Virus record (IMG/VR): IMGVR_UViG_3300037725_000018
Location: 62,001-126,000 of that record
Strand: one strand, 5' to 3'
Length of the DNA: 64,000 nucleotides
The notes under the pieces were generated by a model. The model searched no databases. It saw nothing but the letters and a program-made list of their open reading frames with translations, and was not told where the DNA came from. Made by a program: the position numbers and the translations under genes. Below are positions 9,830 through 18,750 of this stretch, in pieces (within the stretch, counting starts at the first letter, position 1; each line of letters opens with the position of its first letter).

Positions 9830-10329
9830 TGCTGTTCCGGAATTACTGTTACTTCATTTCTTCTAACGTGAACCTCGGCGTTTGGAAATTGATTTTTAAT
9901 AAATTTGATATAAAGTCTGTTTCTTTGGTTTGTATCCACCCCTTCTTTTTCTGTGCCGGAAAACTTATAGCCTTTGTAAAACCGGGGAAATCTTCCTTCC
10001 CTCGCCATTTCTTCATGAAAATCTTTCACGATTGAAACGACCGTTCCAACGACCTTGAAAATGTTCCCTTCATTTGTAACGGCACTAAATGGAGTTCTGT
10101 TATCTGGAACTTGATCCCAACCAATTTCAAACATTACGCCAACCCGGTTATTCCACTTACTTTTTGAAAGCTCTACGGTATAGTCAAAATTTTCTGTTTC
10201 AAATTCGTAGATATAAAGTATGTGTGCTTCTTTTCTACCTGTAAGTTTGAACACGTCTTCTACATTTCGATATCGGTAGTGTCCACTTGTATCACCGATT
10301 TCTCTAAGCAAATCGCTAAACTTAATCAT
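9826..10329 (-). CDS. Hypothetical protein, MIxFxDLLxE paralogue (tandem duplicate)
   Basis: MIKFSDLLREIGDT; VTNEGNIFKVVGT; QRNRLYIKFIKNQFPNA. Confidence 0.75.
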   Translation of the reverse strand: MIKFSDLLREIGDTSGHYRYRNVEDVFKLTGRKEAHILYIYEFETENFDYTVELSKSKWNNRVGVMFEIGWDQVPDNRTPFSAVTNEGNIFKVVGTVVSIVKDFHEEMAREGRFPRFYKGYKFSGTEKEGVDTNQRNRLYIKFIKNQFPNAEVHVRRNEVTVIPEQQ

Positions 10330-11639
10330 TATTTCGTGAAGTTTCTTTCGCTAAGTGCCTGTTGTAACCGTTGCTGGATTTGTGCGTATTGGCTAGAGTT
10401 GATTGGTGGACCAGACGGGCCAACCGGAGTCGGGTGCGTTTCTTGTTGCAAGGCGTTTAGAAGGTCTGTTAAAATATCAACAAGCGTTTGCCCTAATACA
10501 ATCGGCTCGGATTGGTCTTCTTCTCCAAAGTACATTTCCGGGACCTCCCAAACAATCTTATCGCTTATGCTATTGAAAACGTCTCCCCCCACTTCTTTTT
10601 CAACAGAGCCTTCGATAGAAGCGGTTAGATTGCCCTCTATAGACCGTTCGACGTTTCCCTCTGTAAGATGTGTGCGGTTGCCCAAAACGTTTGACACAAC
10701 GTTTTTCTCAACGTCGAACGTAAAGTTAGACCGGGTTGTAAGGTTTATATCCCCGGACGCAAACTGCATGATTCGACCGCCGTTTTTGGCGTCCATCACA
10801 ATCCGGTCGGAAACGGTAATTACCTGTTTTCCGGAAAACTCGTTTGGTGGGTTCTCGATGCTTGAAAAGTGAACGTCAGAGTCTTCTGTAGACGGGGTAA
10901 GCTCAAATGTCTTATCTTCCCCCATTGTAATCGAAGCGGGGTCTTTGTTTATATCTTCACGAATTCTTTCTAAATCCTCTAAGTCCGAAGCCTCTTCCGG
11001 CTGCCCACACCGGAGCCGAACAACTGGTTTACCTGTCTCTGTGTTCGAGCCAAATCGGAGGCTGTTTGAAAATCGGCCTTCAAAAATAACGTCTCCCTCG
11101 TCGTGAACAAGAGGTTTAAAATTATTAGTCGCTTCGAAAGTTTCCCCCAACACAACATCGGAGTTTGACCCTTGGCTGTTTCCAAGCCCGGTGGACGCCT
11201 CTTGGTAGTTTTGGTTTTGACCAGAAGATCCCTTTTGAAGATCCGGGTCAATGCTAACAAACGGAAGCTCGTTGTGGTTTTGATTTAACCTGTAGTTTAC
11301 AACCCCAAGGTAGTAGTAGTTTCCCACAAACCGACCAACCAAAACCATTTCGTGACGAAGCGGATACTTTTGAACGTTCCCATTAAACGGCTTCGCATAG
11401 AAAAGCTGGTCTTCTGGTTTGTTGGTTTGGCTTTCGACAAACCGAAACTTCACCTTCCCAATATCTTCAAACCCTTGAAAGTCTTCGTGATCTTCGCTTC
11501 GAATCACGTCTACAACTTCTCCCGTTTCAAGCTCGAAAAACTCTTGTGCGGTGTTGTCCTGTGCAAGCTGCTGTTCAGTTCGAAGACCGGGGCTTCCAGT
11601 TGCTTGGTACCGTTTTTGCCTTGTCTTCTTGTATGCCAT
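10329..11639 (-). CDS. Baseplate hub/central spike protein (gp5/VgrG-like)
   Basis: N-terminal OB-fold-like region, EGD.IFEGRFSNSLRFG, 8-residue VxGN beta-helix repeats, C-terminal HPTPVGPSGPP. Confidence 0.75.
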   Translation of the reverse strand: MAYKKTRQKRYQATGSPGLRTEQQLAQDNTAQEFFELETGEVVDVIRSEDHEDFQGFEDIGKVKFRFVESQTNKPEDQLFYAKPFNGNVQKYPLRHEMVLVGRFVGNYYYLGVVNYRLNQNHNELPFVSIDPDLQKGSSGQNQNYQEASTGLGNSQGSNSDVVLGETFEATNNFKPLVHDEGDVIFEGRFSNSLRFGSNTETGKPVVRLRCGQPEEASDLEDLERIREDINKDPASITMGEDKTFELTPSTEDSDVHFSSIENPPNEFSGKQVITVSDRIVMDAKNGGRIMQFASGDINLTTRSNFTFDVEKNVVSNVLGNRTHLTEGNVERSIEGNLTASIEGSVEKEVGGDVFNSISDKIVWEVPEMYFGEEDQSEPIVLGQTLVDILTDLLNALQQETHPTPVGPSGPPINSSQYAQIQQRLQQALSERNFTK

Positions 11640-11641
11640 TA

Positions 11642-12142
11642 CTAGTTGCTTTCTTTCCTGTTTTGTTTAACCTGTTCTTTCGCGCTTTCTGCCTTTTGCT
11701 CTAACGCTTTAATTTCTTGATCGATCTTTGAAGAATCTTCACTTGCAGTTGAAGGTTTAGTGTCGTTTTTTGATTTTTTGTCTTCTCGGATCTCTTTTGC
11801 AAGGTCTTGAAGCTGCTTCTTTTCTTCGTCGGAAATCTTTCCACCACCGCCCATCGAGTCGAGTTCTTCCGCATTTCTCATTCCGGATGTTACAAGCCTC
11901 TGGACGATTGTTGCAACCTTCACAAGCTTCTCGTCGTTTTGAACGTCAATTTCAAGATACTCTTTTACAAGCGGAACCAAAATTGTAGCGTCGTTTACGC
12001 TGTCAATCATGTCGGAAAGCTCGTCAATGAGTTCCTCGATTTTTTCGGCTTTCCGGGTAGAGTTTTTATCGATTCGCTCTAAAAGGTCGGCAAAGCTTTG
12101 ATTTCCGTATATGTCTATACTATCTAAGTCAATCATTGGCAA
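11642..12142 (-). CDS. Conserved hypothetical coiled-coil protein
   Basis: 166 aa; LVPLVKEYLEIDVQNDEKLVKVATIVQR. Confidence 0.65.
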   Translation of the reverse strand: MPMIDLDSIDIYGNQSFADLLERIDKNSTRKAEKIEELIDELSDMIDSVNDATILVPLVKEYLEIDVQNDEKLVKVATIVQRLVTSGMRNAEELDSMGGGGKISDEEKKQLQDLAKEIREDKKSKNDTKPSTASEDSSKIDQEIKALEQKAESAKEQVKQNRKESN

Positions 12143-12175
12143 TTTTTGTTTGATGCATTTTATTACTGTCTATGC

Positions 12176-12189
12176 ATAAATATATAGCC
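12176..12189 (-). promoter_or_regulatory. Candidate late promoter CTATATATTTA
   Basis: Lies between a terminator and the structural operon; the TATATAT(T/A) core recurs at about 8180, 20045, 27415, 36320, 46605, 57105 and 58085. Confidence 0.45.
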
Positions 12190-12230
12190 AAAAAGAAAAG
12201 GCCCACCGGAAAAACCGATGAGCCTTCTTC
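12190..12230 (-). terminator. Rho-independent terminator
   Basis: GAAGGCTCATCGG-TTTTT-CCGGTGGGCCTTTTC hairpin followed by a T-run. Confidence 0.65.
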
Positions 12231-12430
12231 ACTTGTTTCGCAAATCAATCGTTTTGCATTTATCCTTGTTAAACTTTACAGAAGAAGATGCAAGATACTT
12301 AGCGTCACCGTCTTCAAGTATAAGCTTAACAGGGACGTTGTTTCTAATGCAACTGTTTATTTTTCTAGAAACTTGGGGGTATTCTTTTGACAGTCTTTTA
12401 GAAAGTTGTGACTCTGGCGCTTGCGGCATG

Positions 12431-13204
12431 TTAGAAAAATTCGTTTTCTTCTTCTCCTTCAGGCGTAATGGTTCCCTCTTCTTTAAATCGCTCGATGCAC
12501 TCGAAGTAGTGGTCTTTGAATTTCTTAACGACCTTTGTAATGTACTGTGCCTTTTCTACTCCGGAATACTCCCGGATCATAAGATAGAGGTTTCTCTTTT
12601 TAAACGTGTCAATGTTGTCTCTCTTTTTGAAGATATCAATAAGAGCGTTTGCAATTCGAATGTCCCGGTCTTTGTTGAATTCTTTGTAAATCCGTTTTTC
12701 CCAATGATCGATGAAGAGGTCCATGAACTCTTCAAGTTCTTCGCTCATTTCATTGTCCGGATCAATCGGAATTTGAAAGTCGTAATCCTCCTGATCGATG
12801 GACTGTTCTTTCTTTTGCTTTTTGTAGTTCTTCTTATTTAGGCTAATTCCTTTCGTGTAAGCGATGAACGAGTAGTACGAAAACGCCTTCCCTTTATCTT
12901 CATCGTAATTTGAAAGCTTTGAAACAAGGTGAGAGAGAATGCGCTGCTTGAAATCTTCTTTTGATACTTCATAATAGTCAAAAGAGTTCATGTTCACGAC
13001 GTACTCGACAAGCTTTTTAAACGGCTCTTTGATACGCTCCCGGTAAATGTTTGAACGCTCCCTCTGGTCGTCTGTAGCATTGTACTCTAAGATTGCATCA
13101 TCTACGTCTTCGGTGAAGTAGTAATCATCGTTTTCTTGGTTTTCATTTTCTTGAACTTGATCCGAAGATACAGTTCGAGTCTCTTTAACTTTCTTTGTTG
13201 ACAT
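12431..13204 (-). CDS. Phage sigma-factor-like protein (T4 gp55-like, putative late sigma)
   Basis: YYFTEDVDDAILEYN, and KLSNYDEDKGKAFSYYS resembling sigma region 2.3 (FD..KG..F.TY). Confidence 0.6.
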   Translation of the reverse strand: MSTKKVKETRTVSSDQVQENENQENDDYYFTEDVDDAILEYNATDDQRERSNIYRERIKEPFKKLVEYVVNMNSFDYYEVSKEDFKQRILSHLVSKLSNYDEDKGKAFSYYSFIAYTKGISLNKKNYKKQKKEQSIDQEDYDFQIPIDPDNEMSEELEEFMDLFIDHWEKRIYKEFNKDRDIRIANALIDIFKKRDNIDTFKKRNLYLMIREYSGVEKAQYITKVVKKFKDHYFECIERFKEEGTITPEGEEENEFF

Positions 13205-13275
13205 ATGGTATCTGTAAAATTTAAATGTTCATTCGTCCGTTCAAACCGGAGAAAGCAAGATTTGTTCCAAAACCT

Positions 13276-13569
13276 TTACTCTAAGTCAAGATCAATTTCT
13301 TCTTCATCATAAAATCCCATTCGATAAAGATCATACATGAGGCGCTTTAGACTTTTAAAAAAGAATCCAACCTCGTCGTCAGATTCAAAAGCTCCAATCC
13401 GGTCAAGACGTTCAAGTTGAGACTTGTTTTCTTCGATCCGGGTTGCAATCTGCTCGTACCATTCCTCGTAGAAAACAACCTTTTGGTTTAGGTTCCATGT
13501 GGCATATCCCAAAATCAGAGATATCCCGAAAAAAAGACCCGCAAGTATCGAAACAAATGTGTAAGACAT
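13276..13569 (-). CDS. Hypothetical membrane-anchored protein
   Basis: N-terminal TM helix; FESDDEVGFFF motif. Confidence 0.65.
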   Translation of the reverse strand: MSYTFVSILAGLFFGISLILGYATWNLNQKVVFYEEWYEQIATRIEENKSQLERLDRIGAFESDDEVGFFFKSLKRLMYDLYRMGFYDEEEIDLDLE

Positions 13570-13587
13570 GTTTTGAAAACTTAAAAC

Positions 13588-14241
13588 TTATTCATACATC
13601 GATCCGAAAACTTCATCAAAGTCCTTGCTTGCCTCGTCTTTCTTTGGATTTTCGTTTTCAGAAGAACTCTTTCTTCCATCCCCGTCATATACCTTATCGA
13701 TACCTTCGGTGCCCCCGGAAAGCTTCTTTCGAAGCATCTTATCAATCATGTGAAAGTATTTATCAAGCTGGTCTTTAGACGCCCCGGACATTTTTTTCTT
13801 GATAAAGACGTAATACTTGTCTCCGGGGTCAAGATCCCACTTGTTTGCAAGCTCTTCTGTCCGTTCTTCTCTAAGAGTTTCGATTGGTGGGTTTTGGTTT
13901 TTCCGGCTCTCCCTCTCAACGTCGTAATTCTCGTCACCTTCAAGAGCCTCGTCTTTTGTTTCTGAGGCAGTTTCTTCTTCGGAAGTGGCTTCGGTCGGGT
14001 CTTGATTTGAATCAGTTTCAAAACGGCTTTCAAGCCTTTCAAGATGCTCTTGGAAGTCTACCTCTTTTTCAATGGATTGTGCTTTATCAGTGACCCGCCG
14101 GATCACGTCCAAAGCATCTTCGGTGTTTAAATCAGAGAGGCTTTGGTTAACACGTGAATCGATTAGATCAGAAACTTCGTCAATCTTGTTTTCGATCCTT
14201 TGTTTTGAAGCTCGAATATATTTTTCGTTTGATGTTGTCAT
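13588..14241 (-). CDS. Hypothetical acidic protein
   Basis: 217-aa ORF in operon. Confidence 0.65.
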   Translation of the reverse strand: MTTSNEKYIRASKQRIENKIDEVSDLIDSRVNQSLSDLNTEDALDVIRRVTDKAQSIEKEVDFQEHLERLESRFETDSNQDPTEATSEEETASETKDEALEGDENYDVERESRKNQNPPIETLREERTEELANKWDLDPGDKYYVFIKKKMSGASKDQLDKYFHMIDKMLRKKLSGGTEGIDKVYDGDGRKSSSENENPKKDEASKDFDEVFGSMYE

Positions 14242-14265
14242 AACTCTTTTCTATCTTATGTATTC

Positions 14266-14523
14266 TTACTGCTCTTTAACTAACCGTTCTTTCTTTTGTT
14301 TCGAGTAACCTTTAATTTCATGCTCTCTTTTCAAAGCGGTGCTTCGAGTATGTCCATCTTCGGTGTACACAACTTTTGCCGGAAGCCTGCTTCGGACATA
14401 TTTACTTCCGGTTCCGTTTCGATGCTTTTCAATTCTCTTTTCAACGTCTTTGGTGATTCCACAATACAGAGAATCGTCTCGACACCGAAGAAGATAAACT
14501 TTCCACTCCTTTTTGTCTTTCAT
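14266..14523 (-). CDS. GIY-YIG nuclease (UPF0213/YhbQ-like)
   Basis: VYLLRCRDDSLYCGITKDVEKRIEKH, GSKYVRSRLP, ALKREHEIK. Confidence 0.9.
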   Translation of the reverse strand: MKDKKEWKVYLLRCRDDSLYCGITKDVEKRIEKHRNGTGSKYVRSRLPAKVVYTEDGHTRSTALKREHEIKGYSKQKKERLVKEQ

Positions 14524-14584
14524 GTATAAATACGTAATTTAATTTTGAAAAGACTCAATCCCCGGCAGGTTCACAAAAACTTCA

Positions 14585-16084
14585 TTACCAAAAGCTATGA
14601 TCGTTTACTTTTGTCTGTTCTTCTGTGATTTTGTTTGACGGGTCTTCATATAGGTCTCTTTTCACTTCCGGAAGGTTTGCCTTCACGTATTCGTTTCTCT
14701 TTTTTGAAATTTCTGCGCTTTCTTCGTCTTTTTCAATGAGAGTGCATGAAACGCCTTCAAGTTGAGCGGCAATACCTGTTGTTCCACTTCCGGCAAAGGG
14801 ATCTAAAACGTGACCGTCTTTTGGCGTTATAAGCCGCACAAGGTATCCCATAAGCTCGATTGGCTTGACCGTGGGATGTGTGTTTTTTTCAACTCCCAAG
14901 TGCCTGTCTTTATCGCCGTTGGCTTTCGGGCAATAGAAAAATCGTGAAGCGCCTCCAGAATCTCCGTGCTGGTTTTGGGGACTGGAAACACCTTCGATAA
15001 ACTCTGTGGAGGGGTCAGATTCGTAACCGGAAACTGCCTCTTTCATCGCTCCTGACTTGGTTTCTCCACTTTGATCATCAAGCATCACCGAAGCCCTTTC
15101 ATCGAGAAAAAGGTTTGCTGGATAACGCCCTTTATTTTCTACTGTGTGGAAAAATCGTGAAGCGCCTCCAGAATCTCCCCGATTTGATGGAGAATTTGGT
15201 TTGTTGTCTGGAACAAATCCTTCCACTTCATAACTTTTTTCATCTGAGTAGTCGTAGGTTTTGCCACCTTCATCAATCCCGCTTTGATCGTCAAGAATCA
15301 CCGACGCTCTATCATCGAGAATCAGATTTGCGGGGTAACGTCCGTCGTTTGACATGTTCCATTCTTTTCCTTCCATAGTGCCTTCGCCTCGCCCTTGATT
15401 TCCCATAAACTTCCCTTCACTAAATCCAGATCCGGTCGTGACGGAAATAGAATCTTGAGTTGTGATTCTACAACCGTCAATATTGATTGCACCTGTGCCG
15501 TGTTTTAGGACGGTTTCAACGACCGTTCCACTTAGAGGCTTCCGGGCAAGAACAATAGGCTCGTGAGCGGGTTTTAACGCAGTCCCCCAACCTTTCCATT
15601 TCTTTGCCTCTTCGGTGGCGGGGGCGGTGATGTCAACTTCTGTTTGCTCAACAGGCTCTCGGCTGATAGCCATATCCCCTTTTTTACCGTTACGTGAGAG
15701 ATCACGGCTAACAGTTTTTTGTCCGACCACCTCGCGCTCGACGCCTGCTGCCTTGTCGAGCGCCTTTGAAACGTCGTGGTTTTTTGGAAATCCTCCACCA
15801 TATATCCACATAAGCGTGTCTCGAATTTCAAATCCGGCGTCTTCAATTGCAACCATCATTCGGTGGTGGGTCCGTGTCCCTCCAAATGCCAAAAGATGTG
15901 CCCCCGGTTTAAGAACGCGGTACACTTCTTCCCAAAATTCTTGGTTGAAGGCAATCCCGGACTCGTCCCACCGCTTGCCCATAAATCCAAGCTCGTAAGG
16001 AGGGTCTGTCACACACGAGTCGAATGTGTTTTCATCTTGATTTTGAAGTTTGTTTAAAGAGTCTCCGCTAATAACATTTACCAT
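14585..16084 (-). CDS. Orphan DNA N6-adenine/N4-cytosine methyltransferase (beta class) with internal 71-codon duplication
   Basis: DPPY near the N-terminus; HPTVKP and DPFAGSGTT near the C-terminus. Confidence 0.92.
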   Translation of the reverse strand: MVNVISGDSLNKLQNQDENTFDSCVTDPPYELGFMGKRWDESGIAFNQEFWEEVYRVLKPGAHLLAFGGTRTHHRMMVAIEDAGFEIRDTLMWIYGGGFPKNHDVSKALDKAAGVEREVVGQKTVSRDLSRNGKKGDMAISREPVEQTEVDITAPATEEAKKWKGWGTALKPAHEPIVLARKPLSGTVVETVLKHGTGAINIDGCRITTQDSISVTTGSGFSEGKFMGNQGRGEGTMEGKEWNMSNDGRYPANLILDDRASVILDDQSGIDEGGKTYDYSDEKSYEVEGFVPDNKPNSPSNRGDSGGASRFFHTVENKGRYPANLFLDERASVMLDDQSGETKSGAMKEAVSGYESDPSTEFIEGVSSPQNQHGDSGGASRFFYCPKANGDKDRHLGVEKNTHPTVKPIELMGYLVRLITPKDGHVLDPFAGSGTTGIAAQLEGVSCTLIEKDEESAEISKKRNEYVKANLPEVKRDLYEDPSNKITEEQTKVNDHSFW

Positions 16085-16114
16085 AACGTTTTGTTCGATT
16101 TTGCATTTATACTT

Positions 16115-16441
16115 TTATCGGACCCGGATTCCCCCCGTATCTGTGCGGCTATATGTTCTTCGGTTTGGTCGGGTGTTTGAAACTCCGGAGTCTTCTTTTT
16201 CCTCTTCGCCCTTGGAAACGGCCTTGAAAAACGTTCGGACGCGCTCTTTTGTCTCTTTCTCTACGTCTAAAAGCTCGCTGTCTGTCATGTCAACATCTTC
16301 TTGATCTACAACTTCAAGAATTGAAGCCGGGGCCTCGTCGTTGTCAAGATAACTTCCTTTTCTATTAACAACTCCAAACTTCTCTGCCCAGCCAATACTT
16401 ACATAGTTTCCAGACTTGGGGTTTAGGATTTCCTCTTTCAT
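16115..16441 (-). CDS. Hypothetical protein
   Basis: 108-aa ORF in operon. Confidence 0.6.
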   Translation of the reverse strand: MKEEILNPKSGNYVSIGWAEKFGVVNRKGSYLDNDEAPASILEVVDQEDVDMTDSELLDVEKETKERVRTFFKAVSKGEEEKEDSGVSNTRPNRRTYSRTDTGGIRVR

Positions 16442-16463
16442 AGGCTTGTAAATTAAATTTTAG

Positions 16464-16943
16464 TTAATTTTTGATTTTTTCAAACGATGAGGGGTAGTCT
16501 AAGTCTTCACACGAGTCTGTTGTCGGTTTTGTTACAACCACATAGTCGTCTTTCATCCATGTTACACAAACAACTCCATCGTGGTTGGGGAAAACATGTT
16601 TTTCGGTAAGAGTTGGGTCGTCAATTTGATTCGGATAGCAGGACACAATGAGGTCTGCAGGCTCTGCCTCTTTTTGAATTTTAGACACTCCACGCTCTTT
16701 GAAGTGTTGAACCCAAACAGATATAGTGTCTCCGGTTATTGGCTCCTTGTTTTCATTAACTTCAATCAGATTAGCATACGCGCCTTCACAGCTTAGGCAG
16801 TTTAAGGCGTTCCACGTCTGTTTTCCATTTGGCTCTTTGAAATATCGTTGATTTACCTGTGGTCCAGTACATGAGACAAGAAACAAAAGAGCCAAAACAC
16901 AAGCTACACGGCCCCAAACTCTTTTACTTTTCACGTTCTTCAT
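16464..16943 (-). CDS. Putative lipoprotein
   Basis: Basic N-terminus, hydrophobic stretch, lipobox LVSC. Confidence 0.65.
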   Translation of the reverse strand: MKNVKSKRVWGRVACVLALLFLVSCTGPQVNQRYFKEPNGKQTWNALNCLSCEGAYANLIEVNENKEPITGDTISVWVQHFKERGVSKIQKEAEPADLIVSCYPNQIDDPTLTEKHVFPNHDGVVCVTWMKDDYVVVTKPTTDSCEDLDYPSSFEKIKN

Positions 16944-17184
16944 CAGCTTTCCAGTTCAAAAATCCATAAATCATAATCCCCATTGTGATGAATGAAGATA
17001 CTACAAATCCGTATTGTCCTGCAATATAAGCTATGATCCCCGCACAAAAAATTGATATCCCTTGAAATACAAATCCAAGCTTGTTCTTCCGAGAAAGAAG
17101 CCACATCCCAAAAAGCCCGAACACAAGGGATATCCAGTCTAATCCATAGTATACTTTAAAACTTTCAACAAGCAGTTCAAACAT
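16924..17184 (-). CDS. Short PnuC-like (nicotinamide riboside transporter-like) 3-TM protein
   Basis: LDWIS..FGL.GMWLL..K..LGF and IYGFLNWK motifs. Confidence 0.55.
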   Translation of the reverse strand: MFELLVESFKVYYGLDWISLVFGLFGMWLLSRKNKLGFVFQGISIFCAGIIAYIAGQYGFVVSSFITMGIMIYGFLNWKADEEREK

Positions 17185-17210
17185 ATTTGAAGCAGAAACA
17201 CTTTTGGTTG

Positions 17211-17250
17211 TGGACCCGGTAGGACTTGAACCTACGACCTTCGTGTTATG
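17211..17250 (-). pseudogene. 3' half of a split resident tRNA(CAT), probably Ile2
   Basis: CATAA-CACGA-AGGTC-GTAGG-TTCAAGT-CCTAC-CGGGTCC-A; truncated at the anticodon. Confidence 0.85.
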
Positions 17251-17297
17251 TAACTTTTCATAGGTCCAATGATATATATTAAAAAAGGGATAACATA

Positions 17298-17828
17298 ATG
17301 AAAAATAGAAACAATTATGAAGTTCAAAAAAAACGTGCGAAGTACCGTAAAATGATGCTTATTGAAAAAGCGGGTGGCGAGTGTAAAAAGTGTGGATATA
17401 GTAAAAACATAGCAGCACTTGATTTTCACCACACTAAAGATAAGAAATTTAGATTAGACTCCAGACACCTTTCTAATTCATCTTGGGATAGAATTTTAAG
17501 AGAGTTTGAAAAGTGTATTTTACTATGTGCAAACTGCCATAGAGAACACCACAACCCGAATTTTACAAAAGATAAAGTAAAATTGGAGTTAGACGAAACC
17601 TACAATCCAAAAAAGTCCACTGAAAATAGATGTTCCGAATGTGGCACTATAATATCATCTAAAGCTAAAATGTGTGTTCCATGTTTTCGTAAAAGTCGTG
17701 AAAAAATCAAATGGCCGGAAACATCTTGGTTAGAAGAAAAAGCTTTAGAATATTCTTTTTCTGCTTTATCAAGACGTTTGGGGGTTTCCGGTAACGCAAT
17801 TCGTAAACGAATTAAAAATCATAAATAA
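17298..17828 (+). CDS. HNH homing endonuclease
   Basis: CKKCG..LDFHH..CILLCANCHREHH, a second CxxC/CxxC zinc finger and a C-terminal HTH; AT-rich; the only clear plus-strand gene. Confidence 0.85.
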   Translation: MKNRNNYEVQKKRAKYRKMMLIEKAGGECKKCGYSKNIAALDFHHTKDKKFRLDSRHLSNSSWDRILREFEKCILLCANCHREHHNPNFTKDKVKLELDETYNPKKSTENRCSECGTIISSKAKMCVPCFRKSREKIKWPETSWLEEKALEYSFSALSRRLGVSGNAIRKRIKNHK

Positions 17829-17837
17829 TCTTCGTCG

Positions 17838-17909
17838 TTGGCCCGATGGGATTCGAACCCATAACCAGTCGCTTATGAGGCGAACGCTCAACCATTGAGC
17901 TACGGGCCA
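17838..17909 (-). tRNA. tRNA(CAT), Ile2 or Met
   Basis: Cloverleaf TGGCCCG/CGGGCCA, loop CTCATAA, TTCGAAT T-loop. Confidence 0.85.
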
Positions 17910-18174
17910 AAATGTATATGCTACGGGTCCTTTCGCTACTTTATGTATTCGACAAATTCAAAAACCGTGCTTGAAGATTTTGCCTTTTCAATCAAACCGG
18001 GAAGGCTGTTTGTATCGTCAACCCGTGTCCAATCGGTCTTTTCCTCTTGACCTTTGTTAGACACTCCAACCCAAGTTGTTCCCATGTTTGTTGAAACTCC
18101 TGTGCAACTACCCGGTGGCTTCTGGCAAGGAGACGTTCCGATCTTTATCGTTCCATCGCTTTTTTCGAAGATTC

Positions 18175-18750
18175 TCATGTCCACATCCACGGAATAAGTT
18201 TTGCGATTCGTTCGTATGCTTCTTGGTCTTTTAATCTAATTCGGCGTTCAAGGCGTGAAGCTTTTGTTTTATAGACTTTTCCTTTGTCTGTTCGCTTGTA
18301 GCCTTGCATTTCTTCAAGCTTTGTGTTTTCTTGTCCCAAAGGAATTCTTTGGTTTCTTTCCATTTCCCTGTATTCGGAGATCACGTCAAGAAGACGCTCC
18401 CGGTCTTCTTTAAACCATTTATACACGCGGTAAGCAGTTCGGTAATACCCGTTTGAACGGCTTGAATTTGCGTTTTGATCCAAAGCGGACAAAACTTCCT
18501 CTTCGGTTTCCGCTCGCCGCGTAGAGCTTTCTTGCTCTTCTACAAACTTGAAGAATTGCTTTTTCATAACAGTTGGCAAACGGTCGGAAGGCTCTGCCCA
18601 CATTCCAACCGGAACGTCTGTTCGGTACAGGTGTGTTCGGGTTTTAAAGTTTGACCGAAATATGCGGAAGGCTCTACGTATTCCACTTGTTTTAGCGTTG
18701 GAAAGAAAATACTTCAAGCCTTCCCACCACATTCGAATCCAATAGATCAT
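18175..18750 (-). CDS. Hypothetical protein
   Basis: 191-aa ORF. Confidence 0.6.
   Translation of the reverse strand: MIYWIRMWWEGLKYFLSNAKTSGIRRAFRIFRSNFKTRTHLYRTDVPVGMWAEPSDRLPTVMKKQFFKFVEEQESSTRRAETEEEVLSALDQNANSSRSNGYYRTAYRVYKWFKEDRERLLDVISEYREMERNQRIPLGQENTKLEEMQGYKRTDKGKVYKTKASRLERRIRLKDQEAYERIAKLIPWMWT

Larger units (their letters stand above)
17251..17919. mobile_element. HNH endonuclease plus replacement tRNA(CAT) cassette inserted into a tRNA(CAT) gene
   Basis: Flanked by the 3' half (17211-17250) and the 5' remnant GGACCCGTAGC (17920-17930) of one tRNA. Confidence 0.75.
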
